A stretch of 64,000 nt of DNA. Source: Candidatus Lindowbacteria bacterium RIFCSPLOWO2_12_FULL_62_27. Its GTDB lineage: Bacteria > Lindowbacteria > 2-12-FULL-62-27. The position numbers and the translations under genes are program-made. The DNA lies in contig MFPR01000001.1 in assembly GCA_001784175.1 (NCBI GenBank), positions 1 to 64,000 on the forward strand, given 5' to 3'. The first letter of the stretch is position 1. Every line of letters starts with the position of its first letter. Shown here piece by piece: positions 45,509 to 54,747 of this stretch. The notes beneath the pieces were generated by a model, which was given only the letters and a program-made list of their open reading frames with translations, did not search any database and had not been told where the DNA came from.

Positions 45509-47003
45509 GCGGCATGACCGATCGTTTTTTCTGGAAGTACTTGTTCGGCGAATACGCGAGGAGGTTCGAGACCTTGCCGGTGTAGACGCACGCGAAGTCG
45601 GAGATCTGCCCCGCGAACCGCGAGATTTCGTTCCCGGCCGAAAACTCGGACCCCCAGTACTTGTTGTAGCGCCGGAACAGGTCGCGGTTGCGGACGTTGA
45701 TCTTGATCATGACGTCCGACAGGTGCTTCTCGAGTTTGATGACCTCGAGAAACGTCTCGCGGGTGCGCCGGTCGAGCCGCGCGAGGTCCGATTGGGTTTT
45801 GCGCGCGAAGTTATGTATCTTGTCCGCCCGGGCCTTTGCGATGTTGTTGTACGACTTTGTGATCTTCAGATAGGTCGCATCGCGTTCCTGGAAGAGTTTG
45901 AAGAGTTCGGTCCGGAGCCGTCCCTCCTTCTGGTTGGTTTTTATTTCCGCCGCAAGTCCCGGCACGATCATGGCCGTGCGCCAGTTGAACTGCCGTTTGG
46001 TCCGGAGGATGTCGTCGTAGGTGTGATCGCCGAAATAGAGGATGCGGTCGCCCGACACGCCAAGCCGGGCGACGAGGTCCTGGGCATTGCCGCCCTTGAA
46101 GAGGACGGCCGGCTCGGCGCTGTCCAGGGGGATCGCCGGATCGGGGCGTTTGTAAAAGCTCGGTTTACCGGCCTCGAGAATCGACAGGTCGAAATAGTCC
46201 CTCCAGGTCGGATACTTCGGAAGTTTTCCGTTCAGGAGAAATCCGAGTACGACGTCGGCGTAGTCGAGGGCCGAATTGGTGAGGAGGAACAACCTTTTCC
46301 CGGCCATCCTGAATTTGTGGAGCGTCAGCGCGAGGTTCGGGTCCTCGTCGAAGTACTGCTCCGGGCTCGCGACCACCTTTTGCTTGATGCTCCCGTCGCG
46401 GTGGGCCTCATCGATGCAGGCGCGGACGTCGATGAAGGCCTGGGCGTAGGATTTGTTCGGAATTTTCTTCCCGTCAATCAGATCGACCAGCTTGATGAAG
46501 AGCCAGACTTCGGGGATGGAAAAAAGCGTGTCGACGCTGTAGTGCTTGTTCGGGTCGAACCGCAGGACGTCCTCGCTGTAGTCCTTGAGGATGTCGGAAT
46601 GCGACAAAAGCCGCGTGCCGTGATAGGCGACGGCCACGTAATTGTATTTGTCCAGCTTGAGGACGTTGCCCTTGTCCTTGTCGACGATCAGGCCGCGCAC
46701 GCAGCCCGCCGGATCATATTCGATCGCGGCCACGCTTTCCGGGTATCCGGGCCGCGCGAGGAGTTTTCGGACGGTGGCCGTGAAGGCGAGTTCCTCAATC
46801 GGGCGTTTCTTGTAGAGCGCCAGGGTGTGGTCCATGTCGAATCCGATGGCGCGGACGCCGGAGAGCTTGAGGCTCCGGCTGATGTACACCTTGTGGACCC
46901 GGTCGATCCGCTGGTCGCTCCGGAGCAGTCCCTCGAGGTCCTCGGAGAAGAGCCCGGACTCGTCGTCGAGGAAGTGGGAGTCCCGGACCAGCGCGTCGGT
47001 CAT
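45483..47003 (-). CDS. HAD-IG family 5'-nucleotidase (cN-II-like)
   Basis: IGFDMDHTLA.Y, RGL..D...GN.LK.D, LLTNS, KP.F, LYFGDH.YDDI, WRT. Confidence 0.9.
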   Translation of the reverse strand: MTDALVRDSHFLDDESGLFSEDLEGLLRSDQRIDRVHKVYISRSLKLSGVRAIGFDMDHTLALYKKRPIEELAFTATVRKLLARPGYPESVAAIEYDPAGCVRGLIVDKDKGNVLKLDKYNYVAVAYHGTRLLSHSDILKDYSEDVLRFDPNKHYSVDTLFSIPEVWLFIKLVDLIDGKKIPNKSYAQAFIDVRACIDEAHRDGSIKQKVVASPEQYFDEDPNLALTLHKFRMAGKRLFLLTNSALDYADVVLGFLLNGKLPKYPTWRDYFDLSILEAGKPSFYKRPDPAIPLDSAEPAVLFKGGNAQDLVARLGVSGDRILYFGDHTYDDILRTKRQFNWRTAMIVPGLAAEIKTNQKEGRLRTELFKLFQERDATYLKITKSYNNIAKARADKIHNFARKTQSDLARLDRRTRETFLEVIKLEKHLSDVMIKINVRNRDLFRRYNKYWGSEFSAGNEISRFAGQISDFACVYTGKVSNLLAYSPNKYFQKKRSVMPHEAEYAAH

Positions 47004-47005
47004 GA

Positions 47006-48757
47006 TCAGGCCGCGGCTTCCTCGAGCCTGAAGAGCGCCGCGTAGACGCCGCCGCGGCGCAGGAGTTCCTCATGATCGCCGGACTCGACCAGCCGGCCCC
47101 GGTGGAGGACGAGAATCCGGTCGCAGGCGCGGACGGTCATCGGCCGGTGCGCGATCACGAGGGTCGTGCGGCCGGCCGAGACCTCGCGAAAGGCGCGCTG
47201 GAGGCGCGACTCGGTCATCGGATCGATCGCCGCCGTCGCTTCGTCGAACAAGAGAAGGTCCGGCTGAAAGACGAGGCACCGCGCGAGCGCGATGAGCTGC
47301 CGCTCGCCCACCGAACACGTCGCGCCGCGCTCCGCCATGCGCGACGCCAGGACGCGGTCTGACGCCGTCAGCCCGCAGGTGGTGAGCGCGCGCCGGACCC
47401 GGTCCTCGGAGACCTCCGGATCGCCCAGCGTGACGTTTTCGGCCAGCGTGCCGGAGAACATGAACGGTTCCTGCGCGATGTATCCGACGCGCCGGCGCAG
47501 CGCTGGCGGATCGTAGTCCGTCACCGGCACGCCATCCAGCGTGACGGTCCCGGCGCCGGGGCGGTAGAATCCCATGAGAAGCGACGCGAGCGTGGACTTG
47601 CCGGCGCCCGTCGCGCCGACGATCGCCACGCGCTCGCCCGGACCGACCTCGAAGGAGACGCGCTCCAGCACGTCGATCCCCTTTGAGTACGCGAACGTCA
47701 CCTGATCGAACTTCACGCGCCCGGCGAACCGCGTGACGGGCCGCGCCAGCCGGGGCGCCGGCTCCGCCGGCTCGTCGAGGAGGCCGAAGACTTTTTCCAT
47801 GGCCGCGAAGGCCGCCTGAAGAATATTGTATTTTTCCGCGAGGTCCCGGATCGGCTTGTAAAACATTTCGAGGTAGGCGAGGAACGCGACGAGTTCGCCG
47901 AAGGTCATCTGTCCCGCGAGGATGCCGCGCGCGGCGAACGCGATGAGGACCGCCGTCGAGAGCGTGCTGATCATGTCGACCACCGGGTTGTACACGGCAA
48001 AGAGCCGGATCGAGTCCATGTGGGCCTCGTAGTGGTCCGCGTTCACGGCCGCGTGCCGGTCGGCGGTTTCGGATTCGGCGTTGAAGGCCCGGAGGACGCG
48101 CATGCCCTGGACGCGCTCGTTGAGAAACGCGTTCAGCCGCGCGAGTTTCAGTCGGATCGTGCGAAACGATTCGCGGACGCGCGCGCGGAAGATCGCCGTG
48201 ATGAAGACGAGGGCCGGCAGAAACAGAAAGGCCATGAGCGCAATCTTGAGGTTCATCCACATCATCACGCACACGATCCCGGCCAGAATCACCACGTCCG
48301 ACAGGATCGCCACCACGCCCGAGGACACGAGCTCCGACAGCGCCTCGATGTCGTTCGTCAGCCGCGTCACCGTGCGGCCCACGGGCTGGGTATCGAAGAA
48401 TCGAAGCGGGAGTTTTTGCAGATGCGCGTAGAGCTGGTCGCGGAGTTTGAAGCAGACGTTCTGGCCGACCTGCCCGATGGCGGCGGTCTGAACGTACTGG
48501 CAGACGAACGCGGCGGCCAGCGCGCCTGCGAAGAGCCCGGCGATTTTCCAGAGTTCTTCGAACCGGCCCGGCAGGATGTACTGGTCGATGCCCTGCTTGA
48601 TGAGCCACGGCCCCGCGACCTGGGCCGCGCCGGCGCCGACCATGGCCGCAATCGCGACGGCCAGAAGCGGCAGATGCTCGCGGAGGTATCCGGCGAACCG
48701 CCGACACATCTCAAGGTCGCCCTTTTGAAATCCGCGGCGCTCTTCTTCGGCGTCCAT
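47006..48757 (-). CDS. ABC exporter, fused permease/ATPase (MdlB-like)
   Basis: TM domain; GATGAGKST, SVGERQL, DEAT, IAHR. Confidence 0.93.
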   Translation of the reverse strand: MDAEEERRGFQKGDLEMCRRFAGYLREHLPLLAVAIAAMVGAGAAQVAGPWLIKQGIDQYILPGRFEELWKIAGLFAGALAAAFVCQYVQTAAIGQVGQNVCFKLRDQLYAHLQKLPLRFFDTQPVGRTVTRLTNDIEALSELVSSGVVAILSDVVILAGIVCVMMWMNLKIALMAFLFLPALVFITAIFRARVRESFRTIRLKLARLNAFLNERVQGMRVLRAFNAESETADRHAAVNADHYEAHMDSIRLFAVYNPVVDMISTLSTAVLIAFAARGILAGQMTFGELVAFLAYLEMFYKPIRDLAEKYNILQAAFAAMEKVFGLLDEPAEPAPRLARPVTRFAGRVKFDQVTFAYSKGIDVLERVSFEVGPGERVAIVGATGAGKSTLASLLMGFYRPGAGTVTLDGVPVTDYDPPALRRRVGYIAQEPFMFSGTLAENVTLGDPEVSEDRVRRALTTCGLTASDRVLASRMAERGATCSVGERQLIALARCLVFQPDLLLFDEATAAIDPMTESRLQRAFREVSAGRTTLVIAHRPMTVRACDRILVLHRGRLVESGDHEELLRRGGVYAALFRLEEAAA

Positions 48758-48770
48758 CCGGCGCTCCTCC

Positions 48771-50531
48771 CTAGACCGCGGCCTCGAGCCGCTCTTTCAG
48801 TTCCTGGGCCTCGACGAACCGCGCGTACATCCCGCGCCGCGCCAGAAGCTCCGCGTGCGTACCCGTTTCAACCGTCCGGCCCGCGTCGATGAAAACGATC
48901 CGGTCCATCCGCGCCAGCGTCTGGACGCGGTGCGTGATCATCAAAACCCCGCGGCCGGCCAGCAGGGTCTTCATGCGCTCAAACACCCGCTCCTCCGTGT
49001 CGAGATCGACGCAGGAAAAGGGATCGTCAAAAATGTAAAAGTCGGCGTCCTTGAGGAGCGCGCGGCCCACCGCGACGCGCTGGCGCTGTCCGCCGGAAAG
49101 GGTGATGCCGCGTTCGCCGACCCGGGATTTGAGCCGGTCGGGAAAGCGATCGATCTCGTCCTTCATCTGGACGATGTCGGCGATTTGCGCGACCGATTCT
49201 TCCGGAATGTTGCGGGACCCGAGCTTGAAATTGGAAAGAAGGGATTGAGAAAAGAGAAATCCTTCCTGCGGAACGTAGGAGATGCGTTCGCGGAGCGCGC
49301 GGGGATCTATGCGCGTGACGTCGACCCCATCGAGAAAAATCGCGCCGGCGGGCGGCTCGTAGATCCTGAGAACGCGCGACACGAGAGAACTTTTGCCGCA
49401 CGCCGTCCGGCCCGCGAGGCCCACCCATTCGCCGCGCCGCAGAACCAGCCGGACGCCGTCGAACCGGAACGGCTCGGAGGAATCGCCGTGCGCCGCGCCG
49501 AATCCCACGTCCTGAGTCAAGTCCCGGACCTCGAGCGTGCGAAACGCGGGGGCAGGTTCGAGATCCTCCCGGCCGCCGGCCGCATCGGAGACTTCGAACA
49601 CGCGATTCAGCCGGCCCATGGACGCGCGGGCGCGCTGGACGAGATTGATGATCCATCCGAGCGCCATGAGGGGCCAGGAGAGCATCGCGACGTATTCGGT
49701 GAACGCGACGAATTGCCCGAGGGTCAGCCGGCCCCGGATGACCTCGAGGCCGCCGAACCACAATACCAGCACCGTCGCGGCGCCGGCGAGAACCTTGAGC
49801 AGCGGATAAAACAGTCCCTGGAGGCGCGTCACATACATGATTTTGCGGCGATAGGCGTCGGCCGCGCCGGTGAAGGCGGCCTGGCGGTTCTGTTCCTGGC
49901 CGTAGGCGCGAATGACGCGAACGCCGTAGAGATCCTCCTGGAGCCGGGCAGAGAGGTCGCCGAACTGGTTCTGCGTTTCCTCATGCGCGTCGTGGAGCCG
50001 GATGCCGAGCTTGAGCATGGCGAGGGTGATGAGCGGCAGAGGCACGGCGACGAGGAGGGTCAGGGGGACGCTGAGGGTGAACATGAGGAAAATCGAAAAC
50101 GAAATGAGGACGACCGCATCCCCGAGCGACATGAGTCCAAACCCCAGAAACTGCCGGACGACCGCGATGTCGTTCGTGGAGAGCGACAAAAGGTCGCCCG
50201 ACCGCGACCCGTCCAGAAACGGTTGCGGCGCGCGGAGCAGCTTGCGGAAAAAATCGTCGCGCAGGTCCCGCTCGATTTTCCGCGACGCGCCGAGGAGCAG
50301 AAGCCGCCAGAGGTAGCGGATCGCGACGATCAGAACGGCCAGGCCCGCGAGCCACGCAAGCGCGCGATGAACTTCCGAGAGGTTCCGGATTTTCAGCGCG
50401 TCCACCGCGTGAGCCATGAGGAGCGGAAAGATAAGCTGGATCACGTCCACCGCCACGAGGCACGCCAAGCCGGCCGAAATTGCCGCCCGGTATTTTTTGA
50501 CGTACGGCCAGAGCCGATGCAGGGTTCTCAT
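48771..50531 (-). CDS. ABC exporter, fused permease/ATPase (MdlA-like)
   Basis: TM domain; GRTACGKSS, LSGGQRQR, DDPFS; ATG at 50531. Confidence 0.93.
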   Translation of the reverse strand: MRTLHRLWPYVKKYRAAISAGLACLVAVDVIQLIFPLLMAHAVDALKIRNLSEVHRALAWLAGLAVLIVAIRYLWRLLLLGASRKIERDLRDDFFRKLLRAPQPFLDGSRSGDLLSLSTNDIAVVRQFLGFGLMSLGDAVVLISFSIFLMFTLSVPLTLLVAVPLPLITLAMLKLGIRLHDAHEETQNQFGDLSARLQEDLYGVRVIRAYGQEQNRQAAFTGAADAYRRKIMYVTRLQGLFYPLLKVLAGAATVLVLWFGGLEVIRGRLTLGQFVAFTEYVAMLSWPLMALGWIINLVQRARASMGRLNRVFEVSDAAGGREDLEPAPAFRTLEVRDLTQDVGFGAAHGDSSEPFRFDGVRLVLRRGEWVGLAGRTACGKSSLVSRVLRIYEPPAGAIFLDGVDVTRIDPRALRERISYVPQEGFLFSQSLLSNFKLGSRNIPEESVAQIADIVQMKDEIDRFPDRLKSRVGERGITLSGGQRQRVAVGRALLKDADFYIFDDPFSCVDLDTEERVFERMKTLLAGRGVLMITHRVQTLARMDRIVFIDAGRTVETGTHAELLARRGMYARFVEAQELKERLEAAV

Positions 50532-50577
50532 AGGAAAGAGGAAGATTAACCGCTGCGCAACTGAATGTAAAGGTCGA

Positions 50578-51171
50578 TCAGGCCAAAAGGTCCACGCGCG
50601 GGCCGACCGAATCGGGCGGAGGAATCCGCGGCAGCACATAGGCCTGCGGAACGAAGGGCCGGGTTTCGCCGGCCACCGTCTCCTCAATCAGGGCGCGGGT
50701 CGCCGCCGCTTCCGGATTGAACTGAACCTTGATCCAGACCGGCGTCTGGCCGGTGTCCTCGAGTTCGGTTCCGCTCGTGCGGTTGTGGGACGGATCAAGG
50801 TCTTTGGGAGGGTCCGACAGGCGGTCGATCTCGCCGGACAAGTACTGGGTACGGTAGTGGGACGGGACGCGGTCGACGGGAGAGAACTTGCCGTGATCGA
50901 GTATCTCGATGCCGTTTTGAATTTCAAACAGCGTATCCGATCCGATGCCCGTCTGCCCCAGGTTGGACGTCCCGGTCTTCAGGTCAAGCGTCCGGCCGGG
51001 CGTGACGGCGTTCGGGCCAAGCTGCTCCGACTTCGTCGTGTCCTTCAAAGGGCTGGTCCTGACCGGCAGGTCGCCGACCGTCATGGACGCGCCGGCGAGC
51101 GTGACCGGCGGTCCGAGAAGCGAAAACGTCGCGTCCCTATAGAACGGATTTTCTGCGGCAATCTTTACCAT
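50578..51171 (-). CDS. Hypothetical protein ending in GPRVDLLA
   Basis: 197-aa ORF filling the gap, host-like codon usage; minus-strand TTGACA-17-CACAAT promoter at ~51232-51260. Confidence 0.65.
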   Translation of the reverse strand: MVKIAAENPFYRDATFSLLGPPVTLAGASMTVGDLPVRTSPLKDTTKSEQLGPNAVTPGRTLDLKTGTSNLGQTGIGSDTLFEIQNGIEILDHGKFSPVDRVPSHYRTQYLSGEIDRLSDPPKDLDPSHNRTSGTELEDTGQTPVWIKVQFNPEAAATRALIEETVAGETRPFVPQAYVLPRIPPPDSVGPRVDLLA

Positions 51172-51256
51172 CCTGGTTTTATGCGGCCGTCGGCCGCGCT
51201 CCCTCCGTAGATGTACCCCTCCGTCGGTTAGATTGTGCCGAAGCGGGGCGGGGCTG

Positions 51257-52045
51257 TCAAGTTTTTATCGCGGTGCATCCAGTCATCGTCCCCCCGTCAA
51301 AATGGAAGCATACCGCGGCGGCGGCGGCCGACACGTTGAGACTGCCGACCCGGCCGCGCATGGGGATGCAAAAGAGGCCGTCGCAGATCGATCGTATCTG
51401 CGGGCGGATGCCCCGGCCCTCGCTGCCGAGAACAAAGACCACGGCGGGGCCCAGGCTCAAGCGCGACAAGGGCGCCGGCGCGCGCGCATCAAGGCCGGCG
51501 ATCGCCACTGATTTTGATTTCAAGGTCTTCAATGTTTCATGCAGGCTCGACACCGGAAACAGCGGCAGAAAATCGAGCGCGCCGGCCGAGGCCTTGTAGG
51601 CGGCGCCGCCCAGGGGCGGGGCGGTTTTCGTTTCGAAGAGAACGCCCGCAAGGCCGAAACATTCCGCCGTCCGGCAGATGGCTCCGAAATTCTGGGGGTC
51701 GGTCACTTCGTCCAAGGCCAGCCAGGCGATTTTGGATTTTGGATTTTGGATTTTGGATTTGCTGAGCAAACCGAACAAATCAGAGACATTCCTTAGCCTG
51801 AGAGGGTCCGCCTCCAGCGCCACGCCTTGATGGACCGCGTGGTTTGTGAGGCGGTCGAGCTGGCCGGGGTCGACCGGGGTGATGGCGGCGGACCGCCCGC
51901 GGGCGAGTCTGGAGAATTTGTCGGCGACGTCCCGGCTCAAGCGGCGGTCGATCCAGAGCCGCGCCGGGCGGCGCGGACTTTTCTCCAGAAAAAGCTGGAC
52001 CGGCCGGCGGCCGTAGAGGACGTCGAACTTATTTCCGGATCGCAC
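51257..52045 (-). CDS. rlmB: 23S rRNA (Gm2251) 2'-O-methyltransferase, TrmH family
   Basis: HQGV, LDEVTDPQNFGAICRTA, GSEGRG, IPMRGRVGSLNVS; start uncertain (GTG 52045). Confidence 0.9.
   Translation of the reverse strand: MRSGNKFDVLYGRRPVQLFLEKSPRRPARLWIDRRLSRDVADKFSRLARGRSAAITPVDPGQLDRLTNHAVHQGVALEADPLRLRNVSDLFGLLSKSKIQNPKSKIAWLALDEVTDPQNFGAICRTAECFGLAGVLFETKTAPPLGGAAYKASAGALDFLPLFPVSSLHETLKTLKSKSVAIAGLDARAPAPLSRLSLGPAVVFVLGSEGRGIRPQIRSICDGLFCIPMRGRVGSLNVSAAAAAVCFHFDGGTMTGCTAIKT
51728..51760. repeat. Heptamer microsatellite (GATTTTG)4+ within rlmB
   Basis: gattttg x4 + gattt; encodes part of SKSKIQNPKSKI. Confidence 0.9.
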
Positions 52046-53453
52046 GCGGTCCCTGAGGCGTGTCCTGAATCTGGTATCCCATTTCCAGGAGTTCCATTCG
52101 GAGGCGATCCGCGTCCTTGTATCGCTTCTCTTTCCGCGCACGTTCGCGTTCGGCCAGAAGTCCGCTGACCCGGTCCGCGTTGTCGTCCGGCACGGCCGGC
52201 GGTTCGGGGTCGATGCCCAGAACGTCGCGGGTCACCTGCTTCAAAAACGCCTCCAGCCGGCGGAGCCCCTCAAGCGTCGTGCCGTCCGGAAGGCCGTCCC
52301 TTCCGCTCCGCTCGTGCAGGCGGTTCACCTCGCTGAGAACCCGAAAAATCGTGCCGACCGCCTCAGCCGTGTTGAAATCGTCATCCATCGCGGCCTCGAA
52401 CTCCGCGCGCGCGCGTTCCGGATCGATCGGTTCCGCCGGCCCGCCGGCCGGATTCGGGTTTGCGGCGAGCAATTCCTTCAGGCGCCGGTATCCCTCCCTC
52501 AGGCGCGACAAGCCGGCCGTCGCGTCCTCAAGTTTTTTGGCCGTAAACGTCAGGGGGCTGCGGTAATGGGTCGAGAGAATGAAAAACCTCAGCGCGTCGG
52601 GCGGGCAGCGGCGGTAGAGTTCCTCCAGCGTGCGGAAATTTCCCATCGATTTCGACATTTTTTCGCCGTCGACCGTCACGAATCCGTTGTGCAGGAAATA
52701 CCGGACGAAGGGCCGGCCCGTATCGGCTTCGCTCTGGGCGATTTCGTTTTCGTGGTGCGGGAAAATAAGGTCCTGGCCGCCGCCGTGGACGTCGAGCGTC
52801 ACGCCCACATATTTTTGAGACATCACCGAGCACTCGATGTGCCAGCCCGGCCGGCCGTCGCCCCAGGGGCTCGGCCAGAACGGCTCCCCGGCCTTCGCCT
52901 TCTTCCACAGCGCAAAATCGAGCGGATCGCGCTTCTTGTCCGAAATCTCGACCCGCGCGCCCGCCAGGAGCGAATCCTCGGAGCGTTTTGAAAGTTTGCC
53001 GTAGCCGGAAAAGGATTTGGTCGAGAAATAAACGTCCCCGTCGGCTTCGTACGCGTGGCCCTTGTCCATCAGCCGCCCGATCATCCCGATCATGCCGCCG
53101 ATCTCCTCCGTCGCCCGCGGATACCGGTCGGCCCGCCGCACGTTCAGCCGGTCGAAGACTTCAAAATATTTCGCCTCATAGGTCCGCGTCAGCTCCGCCG
53201 CCGGCACGCCGCGTTCGGCCGCCCGGGCGATGATCTTGTCGTCGATGTCGGTGAAATTCTGAACGTAGGTGACCGCCATGCCGCGGTATTCAAGGTAGCG
53301 GCGGATGACGTCAAACGCGATGTAACAGCGGGCGTGTCCGAGATGGCAGTCGTCGTAGACCGTGACGCCGCAGACATACATTCCGACCTTGCCGGCGGCG
53401 AGCGGCTCGAACGGCTCTTTTTTACCGGAGAGCGTGTTGTAAACGTGTACCAC
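52029..53453 (-). CDS. cysS: Cysteine--tRNA ligase
   Basis: YVCGVTVYD..HLGHAR, GRPGWHIECS, FPHHENE, KMSKS. Confidence 0.97.
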   Translation of the reverse strand: MVHVYNTLSGKKEPFEPLAAGKVGMYVCGVTVYDDCHLGHARCYIAFDVIRRYLEYRGMAVTYVQNFTDIDDKIIARAAERGVPAAELTRTYEAKYFEVFDRLNVRRADRYPRATEEIGGMIGMIGRLMDKGHAYEADGDVYFSTKSFSGYGKLSKRSEDSLLAGARVEISDKKRDPLDFALWKKAKAGEPFWPSPWGDGRPGWHIECSVMSQKYVGVTLDVHGGGQDLIFPHHENEIAQSEADTGRPFVRYFLHNGFVTVDGEKMSKSMGNFRTLEELYRRCPPDALRFFILSTHYRSPLTFTAKKLEDATAGLSRLREGYRRLKELLAANPNPAGGPAEPIDPERARAEFEAAMDDDFNTAEAVGTIFRVLSEVNRLHERSGRDGLPDGTTLEGLRRLEAFLKQVTRDVLGIDPEPPAVPDDNADRVSGLLAERERARKEKRYKDADRLRMELLEMGYQIQDTPQGPRAIRK

Positions 53454-53454
53454 G

Positions 53455-53937
53455 CTAACGCGGGTGGATGTCCGTCAAGAGTGCGACAGCGGAAGCGGCG
53501 ATCGCGGCGCTCTGGCCGATGGAGTCCAATCCTTCGTTTGTTTTGAACTTGACGTTCACATCCGCCGGCGCAAGCTCCAGCATGGCCGCCAGCGACTCGC
53601 GGATGCGGTCGCGATGCGGAGAGAGTTTCGGCTGTTCGGCATGGACCGTAGAGTCGACGTTGACCGGCCGCAGGCCCTTCTGCCGGACCATCGCCATGAC
53701 CCGCTCCATGAGCGCCCGGCCCCGCAGATCCTTCCAGCGGCCCTCGTGGTCCGGAAAATGCTGGCCGATGTCGCCGAGGCCGGCCGCGCCCAGGATCGCG
53801 TCGGCCACCGCGTGGACCAGCACGTCCGCGTCCGAATGGCCGACCAGTCCCCGGTCATAATCGACCCGCACGCCGCCCAGCCAGAGGTCGCGGCCGGACG
53901 CCAGCCGGTGGAGATCGTATCCGTATCCGACGCGCAC
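53455..53937 (-). CDS. ispF: 2-C-methyl-D-erythritol 2,4-cyclodiphosphate synthase
   Basis: RVGYGYDLH, GHSDADV..HA, GDIGQHFPD, K.KTNEGL. Confidence 0.95.
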   Translation of the reverse strand: MRVGYGYDLHRLASGRDLWLGGVRVDYDRGLVGHSDADVLVHAVADAILGAAGLGDIGQHFPDHEGRWKDLRGRALMERVMAMVRQKGLRPVNVDSTVHAEQPKLSPHRDRIRESLAAMLELAPADVNVKFKTNEGLDSIGQSAAIAASAVALLTDIHPR

Positions 53938-53938
53938 G

Positions 53939-54346
53939 CTAGGAGCCCTGTGAGAGGCGTTCGGCCTCTTCGATGTAATACTGGATTTTCTGGTCGCCGG
54001 GTTTGAGCGCGATCGCTTCGCGGAAATACTGCAGCGCGGTGGCGTAGTCCTTCGCCTTGAGCGCCTGAACGCCGAGCCGCGACAGATCGGAGAAATTTGT
54101 TTCGCGTTCGCCCGATTCGGGAAGGATTTCGACAAAATCGAGGGAGGACCATGGAAAAAATGTCTGAAGGTCGACCGATCCGACCGGCACCTCTTTCTGG
54201 CCGTCCTCCTTCATCGCCTTGCGGTGCCACCGGCCGGTGACTTGGAGGCCGGTGTAGTCGAGGGAGGCGACGCGTCCGATATAAGCCGTTCCGGGACGTT
54301 CGCCCGGCCCGCTCATCAACACGCGAACGGCGCTTCCTTCCAGCAT
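53939..54346 (-). CDS. Small protein with C-terminal TPR
   Basis: LGVQALKAKDYATALQYFREAIALKP TPR motif; beta-rich N-terminus. Confidence 0.75.
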   Translation of the reverse strand: MLEGSAVRVLMSGPGERPGTAYIGRVASLDYTGLQVTGRWHRKAMKEDGQKEVPVGSVDLQTFFPWSSLDFVEILPESGERETNFSDLSRLGVQALKAKDYATALQYFREAIALKPGDQKIQYYIEEAERLSQGS

Positions 54347-54357
54347 TTCCGTCGACT

Positions 54358-54729
54358 TCAGGCGGCCGGCGACCCGAGGATGCCGTTGACTTTGGTGACC
54401 AGCTCGTCGAGGTCGACGGGCTTGGTGAGAAAATCGGCGATCCCCGCGCTGACCACGCCGAAATCATTCTTCATCTGCTCGTAGGCGCTGCACATGATGA
54501 CCGGCGTGGTGTAGCCGGCATCGCGCAGCGCGGCGACAAACTCGACGCCGTGCATTTCGGGCATCTTGATGTCGGTGATGATGAGATCGACCGGCGATCC
54601 GCGCACGACCGTGAGGGCCTTGCGGCCGTTGTCGACCATCAAGACCTCGTAGCCCTCCTCGGTGAGGGTCTCGTGATAGATCTCACGAAGTTTTATTTCG
54701 TCCTCGACCACCAGAATCTTCTTCGCCAT
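54358..54729 (-). CDS. Single-domain response regulator
   Basis: ILVVEDE, DIKMPEMHG, SA, KP. Confidence 0.93.
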   Translation of the reverse strand: MAKKILVVEDEIKLREIYHETLTEEGYEVLMVDNGRKALTVVRGSPVDLIITDIKMPEMHGVEFVAALRDAGYTTPVIMCSAYEQMKNDFGVVSAGIADFLTKPVDLDELVTKVNGILGSPAA

Positions 54730-54747
54730 CTTAAACCCCGTCTCCTC

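Noticed and set aside
53455-53937. ispF without adjacent ispD as a sign of pathway loss
   Set aside because: ispD may be elsewhere in the genome; cannot be judged from this window.
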